Shown: positions 51,748 through 64,000, numbered from the stretch's first letter. The stretch: DNA of 64,000 nucleotides from Leucoraja ocellata (GCA_036785375.1 JAWMAR010000898.1:62001-126000), one strand, 5' to 3'. Numbers and translations: made by a program. The notes: generated by a model from the sequence alone, not told the origin.

Positions 51748-52083
51748 GTCCGTGCGCAGTTTCCTCAGGGGCAGACGGTCCAGGCCCAAGCACAGGCCCA
51801 AGCTCAAGCTCAGGCACAAGCTCAAGCCCAGGCTCAGGCCCAAGCCCAGGCTCAAGCCCAGGCCCAAGCTCAGGCTCAGGCTCAGGCCCAGGCCCAGGCT
51901 CAAGCTCAAGCCCACGCCCAGGCCCAAGCTCAGGCCCAAGCTCAGGCCCAGGCCCAAGCTCAGGCTCAGGCCCAGGCTCAGGCCCAAGCTCAAGCCCAGG
52001 CTCAGGCCCAGGCCCAGGCTCAAGCTCAAGCTCAAGCTCAGGCACAAGCCCAGGCCCAAGCACAAATGGGAGCAGGAGGGCAG
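51748..52083 (+). CDS. MED15: MED15 exon 8, VRAQFPQGQTV-(QA)22-HA-(QA)24-QMGAGGQ
   Basis: Starts VRA and ends QM..G.Q like human exon 8 (VRAPMVV...AQMVAPGVQ); ttttgtttcag acceptor, gtaagg donor; 336 nt, phase 0-0. Confidence 0.92.
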
Positions 52084-53849
52084 GTAAGGAAAGTGTGAGT
52101 GTCTGTCGTCCTGCCTCAATGCATGAATTGATCAGGGTGTGGTGGGATTTCTGGTGTATTACTTTGTTTCTGCAGGTTTCTTTTCCCGGCTGTTAATTGC
52201 ACGTTTTTGTAAAGCACCTGCTTCTGAATAATAAATCAGCCCTGCCTCCAATTCTTTTCTCCCCCAAATGTGGGTATTTGCAGCCATAGGAGAAAATGGA
52301 TATCTGTCAATGTATTTAATACTTGATGGTTAGCCTGCTTTAGCAATGATAGAGGCATGGTTCAGATATCATGTGTTTCACATTTTAGGTGGTCTAGTTT
52401 CTGGTGCAGGTCTGTTGCTATTCCACTGATGTTCTTTCCTGAACCAGGGTGCAGATCTTCCCCGACTTCCTGCTGAAATCAGTGCTGATGTGTTGCGTAT
52501 ACCCAAACAGACTTTGGTTTCCAGAGCTAAAGTCACCATCACCTCCTGGCTTCTTCCCCTGCTGTTCCGGTGAATGTTTATGGAGTCCACCAGGGCAGCT
52601 CCATCTTGTGCAGGTACTCAGCTCTTGAGCTGGAAAATCTGCCCATGAGCCTGCTTCGGACTCAACCTGGTACAAAATGGACACCCCAGTCAATGACTGG
52701 TGACATCGGTTCCTGGGTTAAAAGTAATGTAATATGGTTTTATTATTTGTTTCAGTTGGTTTCAATGATTTTACATGATTTTTAGTATGTAGTCATGCTG
52801 TTTAGATAATTCAGTTTCAACAAGTTTAACATTTTTCATTTTTAACAATATGTTTATGTACATTGCATCATTGGTGGCCTGTGCCAAGGGGCTCTGACAA
52901 GGAGTCGAGTCGAGGGCCTCAGTGATGTCTGCCTGTACTGAGAGTCTCCGACCTGGGGGTGGAAAGATTGGTGGCTGCCTGTACTGAGAGACTCTGACCT
53001 GGGGATGGAGCCTCAGTGATGTCTGCCCGTGGGTGGACCTTGTAATGAGACTGACTGAACTTAAGGTTGGGCCATATCAGTGCTGGGATCCAGGATCCCT
53101 GATCTGGACCATGCTGTTGGCCACACTGGAACAATAACTAGGCACAGGGTTAGATGGCCAGCAGTTTTGCAAGATCTGCCCTGTTAACTTGTTGTTTCTG
53201 ATTTAGTTCGCAGACTCGCCAGATTCAGAACTGGCCCAGGTGTGGTGATGGAGTCAGTGTAAGAGGTGGAATCAGAGTTAGCTTTCGCTGGCAAAACATT
53301 TATTTCACCTTTAGCAAGCAAGCTGAGAAGGCAGGGAAAGCAAAGGTTCAGTAAAAATCAGAAATTGCAGATGCTGGAAGCTAAACCACAAACAGTAATG
53401 TCTGAAGAATTCAGTTAGTCAAGCAGCTTCTGGGGACAGAGAAACTGTTCAACTTTTCATATGGAAGACACTTTCTCAGTTCTGATGAAGGGTATTTGAC
53501 CTGAGCTATTAACTGGTATCTCTTTCCACAGATGCTGCTTGACTGGGTCAACTCTTCCTGCTTTTCTGTTTGTGTTTCAGATTTTGAAAACTTGGAACAA
53601 AAACACATGCTCAGCAGGTCAGACAGCATCTGTGGAAAGAGAAACGGTTATCGTTTAAGATTGGATTTCATTCATCACAACTGATAATGACGAGCTAAAG
53701 AAGAATATTTAATTGCAGAGAGGGTGACCATAGGGAATTTCTGGACAGTTACAGAGTGCCAAAGCAGTGTTTTGCAAGTAGCAGGTCAGGGTGATATAAC
53801 GAAGATGGAAACATGATACAGCAGAAATGGCCAGTTCTGATACAAAAAA

Positions 53850-54400
53850 AAAGTGTTTTTTCTTAGTTGATGAATTTGTGTTGATTCTGGAGGGCTACAA
53901 AGTGCCCAGAAGGAAGATGAGGCCCTGTTTCTCAAGCTGCCATTGGATGCCATTGTACCAGTACAGGGAGTTACAGACAGAGGTCAGGTTGGGAATGAGA
54001 TGGAGAATTAAACTGTCGGACAACAGGAAAATCAGTCACACACGCAGACTGAGTCCACGTGCGCCGCCAAGTGATTGGCCATTCTGCGTTTGCTTTCTCC
54101 AGTGTAGAGGAGACCGCCTTGTTAGCACTGAATGCAGTAGAAGATGTGCAAATGAATTGCTGCAGACTATTTGGGTCCCTGGATGGTGAGAAGGGAAGCA
54201 CTGAAAGGGCAGGTGTTGCTTCTCCTGCTGTTGCACGGAAAAGTACTGTAAAATGGGGTTGGGGACAGAAGAGCAGACCAGGGAGTCACAAAGTAAATGA
54301 TTCCTTCTAAGTGCTGAAATGGGTAGAGCAAAGACAATGTGTCTGGTCGCTGAGTTTTGTTGGAGAGGTATTTTACTTGCACATGTAGACCAATCTGGTC
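53850..54400 (-). mobile_element. Old Penelope-like GIY-YIG fragment
   Basis: QQFICTSS...DFPVVRQFNSPSHSQPDL (ORF 53971-54201), homologous to 2577-3035. Confidence 0.75.
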
Positions 54401-54739
54401 TACTTTTACTGTTTGATTTGCATCTCAGCAGTTAATGCTTATCTGGCTGAAAGAAAGAAGTTAACATGTGCAGTCTGAATAGTCACGCCGGTGATTAGGC
54501 AGACATTACAACAAAGAGACAGGCCCTTTAGCTCAACGAATCATTGTATAGCTTTCACATGAACTGCCGTTGAAGTCCATGTACTTAACCTGTGCAAGTG
54601 TGCCCTTCACTCCTGATAGCCAATTTGTTTGAATGTTTGCGTGATGGCCGGTTCATCTGCCAATACATTCCATAGCTTCAACTCTACATCAATAAAAACA
54701 TAGTTTTAAATTCTCTGTGCAGTGGGGAAAAATGCTAGA

Positions 54740-56090
54740 ATCTGGTGTTAACGCTGTGGTAACAGAGCATTTAGAATTCTGATTTTTGGAACATTGGAAT
54801 GTCTTCTGAGGCCAAGGTTACTTGTACAAGAAGGATGGGTTGCACCTGGACTGGAGGGGACCAATATCCTGTAGGGAGATTTGCCAGTCCGATTCTGGAA
54901 GGTTTAAACTAAAGTGGCAGGTGGTTGGAAGGTCAGCAAATGGGAGGGCTGATGGGAAGCCAGAGATTAAAATCAGTAAGTCTCAAAGGAAGGCCAGGCA
55001 GTATTAAGCAATATGGTGTAACTGATGGTCTAAAATGTGCTTATTTCTTCACGTAGTATCGTGGATAGAGCAGATGAACTTAGAGCATGAATCACTGTTA
55101 GCCACTCTGATCTTGTGGCCATTATGGAGACTTTGTTGCTGAAGAGACAGGGCTGGCAGCTCAACATTCTAGGGATTTGATGTTGCAGACATTATAGGGA
55201 AGGAGGTAGAGGGTGAAGATTTGACTTTACTAATCAGAGAGAATGTCATGGTGGTAGTCGGAGGGGACATACTAAGGGTTTGTCCGCTGAAGCAATATAG
55301 GTAAAACTCAAAAAAAGAAAGGTGCAAAAACTGATTGGATTATACTGCAGGTCTCCCAATAGCCAGTAGGAGATAGTGGAACAGATATATAGATAGTTTA
55401 CAGAAAGATACAAAAACAATAGGATTTTCATAGTGGGCAAATTTAACTTTCCCAATATGGACTGGAACTTATTCAGTGCAAAAGGCTCAGATGGGGCAGA
55501 ATTTGTTAGGTGGATCCAAGAGGGTTTCTTGAATAGTATGTGGATAGTCCATCTCAAAGAAGGGCCATACTGGACCTTGTACTTGGAAACAAGCCAGGAT
55601 TGTTGACTGGCGTTTCAGTGGAAGAGTATTTTGGGAACAGTGATCACAACTCCATAACTTTTAAACTAGTTAGGAGCAAGGATAAGCTTGGACCTTGGGG
55701 AAAGGCACTAAATTGGGGCAATGCGGAATACAGCATTATTAGGCAAGAACTACGGCGAATAAACTGGGAGCAGTTGTTATTGGCATTTGACATTTGGGGG
55801 TCATTTAAAGGACAGCTGACCAGAGATGACATGTTCCAATAAGGAGGAAAGAAAAGGATGGCAAGGTAAGGGAACTTTGGATGACCAAAGAAGTTGTAAA
55901 TTTGATGAAGAAGAAAAAGGAAGTATATGTAAGCCTTAGATAAAATCAGGCAGGGCTTTTGAGGAATATGGAGTAAGCAGGAAAGAACTCAAGCGGGTAA
56001 TTAGAAGGGACACAAGGGGCCATTGGCGAGTCGGATTTAAAAAAATCCCAAGTCTCTTTATACTTACATTAAAAACAACCAGGGAGAAGG
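54740..56090 (+). mobile_element. CR1 LINE: ORF1 esterase end plus ORF2 APE endonuclease, degenerate
   Basis: YKKDGLHL (54822), IVGKFNFPNMDW-like sequence near 55430, AILDLVLGN...GNSDHNSITF...NWG.A.Y..IRQEL (55540-55842). Confidence 0.88.
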
Positions 56091-56092
56091 TA

Positions 56093-56296
56093 CAGTGCCC
56101 TCCATAATGTTTGGGACAAAGACCCATCATTTCTTTATTTGCCTCTGTACTCCACAATTTGAGATTTGTAATAGAAATAAATCACATATGGGTAAAGTGC
56201 ACATTGTTAGATTTTATTAAAAGCCATTTTTATGCATTTTGGTTTCATCATGTAGAAATTACAGCTGTGTTTATACATAGTCCCCCCCCATTTCAG
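56093..56296 (+). mobile_element. Solo truncated TIR of the same Tc1 family as 24112-26249
   Basis: TA followed by CAGTGCCCTCCATAATGTTTGGGACAAAGACCCATC...; about 200 bp closely similar to 24112-24311. Confidence 0.92.
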
Positions 56297-59200
56297 TTAT
56301 TGCCTTCCATCTTCTCCCTACGTCTGCTTAGCCCCCAGATTTAATTGTTCCTGTGTAATTACCACTACCTTCGATGTAATGACATTGCCATTCATACCTT
56401 CCTCTCGCCTTTCTCAGCATTGCCCCCATAACTCCCCCCCCCCCCCCCCCCCCCTCTTCATTCTACTATCTTCTCCAATAGCCACACTCCTCCTCATAGT
56501 TCTTGCTCATGCAACTACCAGAGATCATCCTTTACCTCTTAACTTTGTTTCTTCCCGGATTTCAAACACTTTCACCAGCATTACCGCAATTAATGCTCAT
56601 TGTGTGGAAACTGTTTTGGAGAACTTCTCTATTCAGTCTAGAAATGTGATGCTGAGTTTACAGTTACCTGTTGCTTTAATTCCCTGTCCCATTCCCACTT
56701 TGTGTTGGGTCATAAAGTCATACTTCATGGAAACTGGCCCTTCGGAGAAACCCACCCACGCCGTACAAGATGCCCTATGGAGGGTATTCCTGTTTGCTTG
56801 CGCCTGGTCCATGTCCCTCTAAACCTTTCCTATCTATGTGCCTGTTTCAATGGTTACCAATCTGAAATGTAACTCTCTTCCTCTCCATAGATGCTGCCTC
56901 ACCTTCTGAGAATTAAAATCTTCTAATTTTATCCCAGTTAGTTGATGTTTGGCTTAAATATTGGAATCATTTTTCAGTCCTTTGCTTAGAAGGACATGGG
57001 ACAGATTGCATATTTTTGAGGGGAAATTGTGTGTAACTAACAAATGAATTTTCTGAGGGAAAGAAGGGCCAACAAGAGAAGTTCATTTTATGTTGCCCAC
57101 GTACATTTTTCTAAGGCTTTCGACAAGATCTGGGAGGCAGGTCAAAAATTACTGTCATGCAAATCCAATTGAGTGACAAATTGTATCTTAAATTTACAGC
57201 GACAGAGGATAAAGAGCTATGGTTTGCAGGTATTTTTGCAGCTGCAAGGCTAAATCCAGTGGGGCTCCGCAGGGTTCAGTATTCTGACCCTTGCTATTTG
57301 TTAATGCTTAATGATTTAATTATAGTGGGCCCGATGACTCAATAAAGATTGCAGATGGTTTAAGTATTTGATTCTGTGGTTACCAGTGAGAGGTAGACCT
57401 TTAGACCACAGGAAGATGTAGATAGCGTGGTCAGTGGGACAGAAAAGTGGCAAACAGAATTTGATGTGGAGAGGAGCGTGGTAATGCATCTGGGGAGTTG
57501 AAATGTTAAGGGCATCTACAAAATAAGGGAGGATTCAGAGAGACGTAGATGAATAAATTGGAGGATATTTCTACCTAAAATAACAGAAGATGCCAAAAAG
57601 CGGTTTGAAATCATATGAAATTATTTTCCATCTGAGCATAAAATACAAGAGGAAGGAGGTTATAGGTAAAGAACACTTGTTGGACCTCAGCTTGAGCTCC
57701 ACATATACTCAGCACACATAGGTCTTAAATAATTGATAGAAGGGTTAGAGTGGAGATGAAGAAAATGATTCCACTCCAACATATGTGGGTCTGGAACTAA
57801 CTGTCTGAAGCATTGGTGGATGGAGAACCCCTCGTCGCGTGTGAACAGTACTTGGCTATATATTTGAAGAACAGAGGCCTGCAGGGCTACAGACCCAGCT
57901 TGGGTTGGATGAGGCTGGTAGCTTGTTTCAATCTAAATGAAATACAATTGGGTGAATGATCTATTGGTATAATACATTTTCTGTGATTTTCTGAAACCAA
58001 TGTCTGCAGTACTACACTGGGCAGTTTTTCATCTCCCTGGTCCGGGAGCAGTAGATAGAATTTAATATGTTCTCGCTGAAGTTCAAGTTGCACTGGAAGA
58101 GGGCAGGGATTGGCAACTCACTAATGCTAGACTTTGCTGGCAGTGGCAAGAGATTATCCATCTCACAACACCTGGGGTTGGTGTGAATTACGACATTTGG
58201 AAAAACTTTTGAAAAGGTTTATTGGAACATAGAAATAATGTAACGGAAAGGGCTGGAGCTTTGTGAAATAATAGTTCCCTTAGATACTAAGATCAGGAAC
58301 AGAATATCAAACTGAACACGTCCATTTTGGAAATCATGCCATAAAGTATTTTTAGAGTGTTATTTATACATCTAGGAGAGTACATTGGCTGGATGAGCAG
58401 TTGCCATGGCAGCGGGATGCCAGACTGGTACTAGTTTTGCACTTCATGATTGGGCAATTTAAAAAGTAGTTAGCGGGGAGGAACAAAAGGTAACCTAGAT
58501 ACTTAGCCAATGGGGTAGAATGTGGAGATCAACTTGCTGTTCAACATTGGATGATATTCCTCATGCTTAACAGATCTGGTGGACGCCGCAAAGATGTGGT
58601 TAGACACAAGGATAGGCAGTGCATGATAATGCCGACTAGAGCTGTTGGCCAGGTTGGTGGACAGACATATCTCCTGTCCTTAAAGTATGTGTTATGACGT
58701 GTATAATATCATAGAATGGTTGCAGCACCAAAGGAGTCCATTCAACCCATTGTTTCATGCCAGCTCTATAAAAGAGTGTAAACGAAGTTTTCCCGATCAG
58801 TTTCTATCCAGCTCTAGCCTGTTGCATGTTGCAATGCTTCCATTTTAATTGCCTCTCATTTCCCTTTGCTGGCTGTTTGTGTTTCTGTGAACTAATTGAA
58901 CCATTGGATCATCTGTCTTGCAGTCACTGCTCGAGTTGCCTCTTTTGTTTGAGTATTGCTGAATATAAATTTTATTTTTGAAAGCACACACGTCCTTTAT
59001 AAAAAAAATAAGGAGCAGATGGGAAAAGAAGACGTTTTGATTTCTGTTTCACTATCATCTAAATTCTTTCCACCTGCAAGGTGTTGTATTTTAGAACATC
59101 AATTTTCTTTAAGTGTCAGGAGTGAAAATTGTCCAGAAAAACAAGAGTACTCCGCAGCCTTGAAAGAAAATAAAATTGGAAGAGAACGAGTTTTGGGAAA

Positions 59201-60405
59201 TATGCTTTTTGTATTTCTCTCTGTTGCAATTTGTTTTATAACTTTTCCCCTTCCTCTGTTCCATTTCTGTTCTGTGGTATAATGGTCACTGGAAGAACAA
59301 AATCTCACAGAGGGATGAAAGATCAAGCCATGGCAAGGGGTGCAGCACAATTCAGTTGGTGAAACAGGCCGATTACCTCCGTGCAGAGCCATTGTGTGGG
59401 TTCAGCTCCATCATCCTGAAGGCAACAAACATTGATGCAATATATTTAATTCAAATTTAATATTAAAATGTCATCCCTCTGAAAGATTTTGAATGAATGT
59501 TAGGGGAAGGAAAGTCAGGTTTTTGAGCTGGGAAACCTACTGCACACGAAAACAAACTCAAGCATGTGGAATGGCTCATTGGACCACCAATGAAACCAGG
59601 TTCCAACAAGCATCATTATTGCTGGGGAGAGGTGGAAGAAGTACGTGCTGCAGACATTAACATTATTCCTCAGTTCAGTGATGTCCCGTGGCTGACATTA
59701 TCAATAACAATGATTGATCAACCTGATCATTGGGCATGTGATCACCATTCTCATCTACATTTCGTACTCATGCAAAACTTTTTTGTGCATTTGTTGCTAA
59801 AATGTTCAGGTGAAAACAGTGTCTGTTTGAACCTTTTAGTCATTGAACATTTACTTTGGTTAAGCATGGTGCTAGATGTCTATTCAGTAAATGTATGCAT
59901 GGTACATTTACATATGCCCAACAGTTGATTAAAAAAAAAAAGTCCATTCAAATTAGACCAAGATAACTTAAATGGTGCTGCAGTAACTACATTTGAGATC
60001 ATCCACCAATTTCTAATGTGTAGCAACATTGTAGAAGTTAACAAATGTGTGAGATAGTGAGGTTTAATCTGGATCCTTTTTCATCTCCAGCAAAAGTAGA
60101 TATAAATTGAGCAATATTTTTTCTTGGATTTAAACAAGTCTGTGAACTGATTCCATTGGGAACAGAAATGTGAATCTCTTTATTGCTCCCATTAGACACT
60201 GGGTGTGTTCAAATCAGCTTTGCTTTTCTCTATCAGATATGCCACACAACAGAAATGCTTAATGTAACAGAAGTTAGTGACAGCTGCAAGCTGCCCTGCA
60301 TTGAAGACTTTGAGCCCACAGAGGACGTGTGTGCTTCTTTTTGGTCCTTGCAGCACTGCATTCTTGTTTTGCGATTATTTGTCTGTTGTCCCTCTGTCCT
60401 CAAAG

Positions 60406-60513
60406 ATGATGTCTTCTATGACCCGCATTGTGCGACCACGGTTCCCACCTGCCTCTGTTGCATCGTCCACGCCTCAAAACTCCATTCCTCTGGGAGGACA
60501 GCAAATGGCACAG
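60406..60513 (+). CDS. MED15: MED15 exon 9, MMSSMTRIVRPRFPPASVASSTPQNSIPLGGQQMAQ; gene continues beyond the window
   Basis: Human ...IRARFPPTTAVSAIPSSSIPLGRQPMAQ; tgtcctcaaag acceptor, gtattt donor; 108 nt. Confidence 0.92.
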
Positions 60514-61009
60514 GTATTTAACTGTACTGCAGGCTGGTCTGTAGGTTGACTAGTGGGGAGAGCTTGCTTTTTGTGCATTAGGTTTGGATTCTTTTAAACT
60601 AAAGGTTTGACTGAACTGTTGTGAAATTCTTTTTGGTTGTCTCAATATTTTTAATTCATCGTGTTCCTGTATGCCAAACAGGTGCTGTTGCTCTCTAAGA
60701 TTAGGGCCAAAACAAACTGTATCCTTTCATTCAATTTGGTAATTCTTCCCCTGACACAGACGTGTGTGGGATCAGAAAGGTCCTGTTTTATCCAATTTAA
60801 AATGTGTGAAGATTCTCAGAGAGAGGAATAACTCAAAAGAGAATGGAAATAAAAAAATGTTAGGCAGACTCTTTATCTGGTTGAAAGCAACAAAATATGG
60901 TTTGGACAAATCGTGGTAAAAATTTGAATATTTTATGAATCATGTTGGAGTGTGATTGAAGACAACCTCTATGGTCTCATTTCTGCCATGTGGGAATGAA
61001 ACACCATAC

Positions 61010-63160
61010 TACACTTTGCTAATGTAACTCCATTTTTTAAGAAAGGAGAGAGTGAAAATTATTGATCAGTTAGCCTGACATCAGTAGTGGGGAAGCTGCT
61101 TGAGCCGATTATTAAAGATGTAATGGCAGCGTATTTGGAAGACAGTGACTGGATTGGTCAAAATCAGCATGGATTTATGAAGTGAAACTATGCTTGACTA
61201 ATCTTCTGGAATTTTTTGAGGATGTAACAGTAGAATGGATAAGAGAGAGCCAGTGGATGTGGTGTATCTGGACTTTCAAAAAGCCTTTGACAAGGTCCCA
61301 CACGAGAATGTGCAAAATTAGAGCAAATGGTATTGGGGGTAGGGAATTGACATGGATAGAGAACTGGTTGGCAGTTACTAGTGGGGTGCCGCAAGTCTCG
61401 GTGCTGGGACCCTAGTTATTTACAATATATATTAATGATTTAGACGAAGGAATTAAATGTAACATTTCAAAGTTTGCGAATGACACAAAGCTGGATGGCA
61501 GTGTGAGCTGCCAGGAGGATGCTATGAGGCTGCAGCGTGACTTAGATAGGTTGGGTGAGTGGGTATATGCATAGCAGATGCAGTATAATGTGGATAAATG
61601 TGAGGTTAACCACTTTGGTGACAAAAACAATAAGGCAGATTATTATCTGGTGCCAGATTAGGAAATGGGGATGTGCAACAAGACCTAGTGTCCTTGTACA
61701 TCAGTCACTGAAAGTAAGCATGCATGTACAGCAAGCAGTGAAAAAAAATTATGGCAAGTTGGCCTTCATAGCAAGAGGATTTGAGCATAGGAGCTGTGAC
61801 GGCTATCGCTATCAAAATATTGAGGGGACGGGGACACACAATTTCTTGGCGGCTGCACGCGCATGCGCACACTCACAAACACGCGAGGCTTCGGAGGCTT
61901 CTGTGGGCCCTGTGAACGGTAATTATAGCTCAATCCAGCTCTAAATGCAGCTCAACTCTGCCTGTCTCGCCGGGTTAACCTACAGCCCTGCCTAGACCGA
62001 CGAAATACTAATCTGGAGCCGTGGAGCTAACGCCGCTTCTCCGCACTGGCTGTAAGCCCGGGTCATATTTCCCTTAAGTCCAGGCAGGGCTGTAGGTTAA
62101 CCCGGCGGGACAGGCAGAGTTGAGCTGGGTTTAGCGCTGCTTCTCTGCGCTAGCTGTGGGCCTGGGGGCACCGCGCCTGTCTGACTCCCGCGTCTCTGGC
62201 CACTCTGGTGGGGACGGGGCTGGTCCAGTGGCAGTTCAGCAGCGATTGGAGAGCCGGCCGGGATCGATCCTGGCTGTAGATGAGGCGCAGGTCTGTGTCC
62301 AGGGCTGCTGTTGTGACCCTATGACCTGGGCACGATTCCAATCACCGCGCTCTATCTTCACTCCCACCCCCCTACTTCTGACCGTCATCTCCCTCCTCCA
62401 ATCATCGCGCTGAATCATCATGCCCGCTGACCGATGTCTCTCGTCCAATCGGCGCCCTCAATCAGCAGTCTCACCCCAGTCTCGCGGAATCCGGATTACA
62501 AAAAATTGGGGGGGGGGGGGGGGGGATCGTCCCCCACCTCTCAATACAGAGGGGGGGGGGCGTGTCCCCCCTGGCCCCCCCCGGGATTTCCGCCTCTGCA
62601 TAGGAGGCTGGAGGTACTACTGCAGTTGTACAGGGTCCTGGTGAGACCGCACCTGGAGTATTGTGTGCAGTTTTGGTCTCCTAATTTGAGGAAGGACATT
62701 CTTGTGATTTTGGAGGTTCACAAAGTTAATTCCTGGGATTTGTGGGACTGACATATGATGAAAGGATGCATCGACTGGGCTTATATTTACTGGAATTTAG
62801 AGGGATGAGAGGGAATCTTATAGAAACATATAATTCTTAAGGTATTGGACAGGCTAGATGCAGGAAAAATGTTCCCGATTTGGAGGAGTCCAGAACCAGC
62901 GGTCACAGTTTAAGAATAAGAGGTAGGCCATTTAGAACTGAGATGAGAAAAAACCTCTTCAGCCAGAGAGTTGTGAATCGGTGGAATTCTCTTTCACAGT
63001 AGGCGGTGGAGGCCAATTCACTGGATGTATTCAAGAGAGAGTTTGATATAGCTTTTACGGCTATCGGAATCAAGGAATATGAGGAAAAAGCTGGAACAGG
63101 GTACTGGATGATCAGCCATGATTGTATTGAATGGCCTACTCCTGCACCTACTTTCTATGT
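61010..63160 (+). mobile_element. CR1 LINE RT to 3' tail, interrupted by a hAT-type element
   Basis: CLTNLLEFFEDVT, VTSGVPQVSVLGP, LYRVLVRPHLEYCVQFWSP, and tail gaatggcctactcctgcacct. Confidence 0.92.
61794..62598. mobile_element. Non-autonomous hAT-type DNA transposon, CpG-rich, with a perfect 8-bp TSD
   Basis: CATAGGAG at 61786-61793 and 62599-62606; imperfect TIRs CTGTGACGGCTATC vs CAGAGGCGGAAATC (reverse complement of right end); internal 50-bp inverted repeat. Confidence 0.85.
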
Positions 63161-64000
63161 TTTTATTTATAGGTCGATTCTGATGACCTTCATTGTTTTC
63201 ATCTCATCTCCACTTAAGAAGCAGACTTTCATATTTCCAGATAATTTTGTTGACAGAAGCTAGGCATAGATGATACTTGAGATCCATGTACCAAGAGATT
63301 GCAGGCTGTAATTCAGTAATCCACTGTTTAGCTTTACTACACCTGAGTAGAGAGGGGAATTCAACTACATTTCCTGTTCTATTATCATAGGCCCACCCAC
63401 TTTCCAATCCCCGGTTTGTAGAGTTTACATCTGCAGGGATCAGAATTATGTGGATTGTGACTCCATGGATGAATAGCCTCAGGGACTTAGTGGTCGTTTG
63501 GGAAGATGGATAAGGAAAGTGGTTGTGGGAGGGATCTAGAGAGTGGGAGTCGGGGTCAGAACGGACTATATGCCAGCAAGGGAGAGAAAAGAGGTAGTTT
63601 TGAGAATGTGTATCTTGCTATGGTGAGTTGTTTTAAGGAATATCTCCACATCTGTCAATAATCCACATTGCTCACACATTGGCTTGATCAAAATGTTCCA
63701 GGGTTAAATGTAATAGTTTTTTTGAAAATTAAACTAAATTTCAAAAAGGGTATTATAAATAATTAACTGAATTTAAGAAATGAGTGTTTGAATGAAGTGG
63801 ACAAAACCCCATCAGGTTTCCATAACTGATGATAGTGTGGGGATTGAGGTCTTGGATTTCTCTATTGTGGTCATTTTTGTTTCTTTGACGTCTGGCCCAT
63901 ATTGAAATGTAAAGCAGCTTCAGATTAGTGTGCAGTTTGTTTTATCAATGTCTTTAAGTTATTAAAAACAAATTAATACACAATGGGAAAAAATCTGCCT

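Noticed and set aside
51715-52119. (LG/LS)n, (PR/LK)n and (GP/EL)n dipeptide ORFs
   Set aside because: Other frames of the QA repeat; only the QA frame has matching splice sites and a uniform amino-acid pattern despite codon variation.

Overview
Vertebrate genomic DNA. The repeat set (CR1 LINEs with a shared 3' tail, V-SINE-like tRNA SINEs, many Penelope-derived short elements) points to a cartilaginous fish, probably a skate or ray (inference). Three spliced protein-coding genes were built by hand from GT-AG boundaries and recalled human proteins. (1) GUCD1, minus strand, complete, 6 coding exons, 235 aa. (2) SNRPD3 (Sm D3), plus strand, head-to-head with GUCD1 with ATGs about 260 bp apart; 3 coding exons carrying two single-G deletions that are most likely assembly errors. 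(3) MED15, plus strand, exons 1-9 (431 codons), running off the right edge. Most notable observations: a codon-scrambled (QA)47 tract in MED15 exon 8 that human MED15 lacks but that recalls the QA tract of yeast Gal11/Med15; a candidate mini terminal exon plus AATAAA right after it; many Penelope-derived elements carrying a minimal hammerhead-ribozyme-like core, often as inverted pairs; a deleted hAT element with a CGGBP/hATx-like transposase C-terminus; an IR/DR Tc1 family inserted twice into the same short stretch of CR1; a CpG/NRF1/CCAAT-rich hAT-type element with a perfect 8-bp TSD; and a tandem array of CTCF-like motifs in the MED15 promoter. I cannot demonstrate a wholly new biological system from sequence alone. 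No database search was run, so family assignments rest on recalled motifs and TE boundaries are approximate unless a TIR or TSD is quoted.
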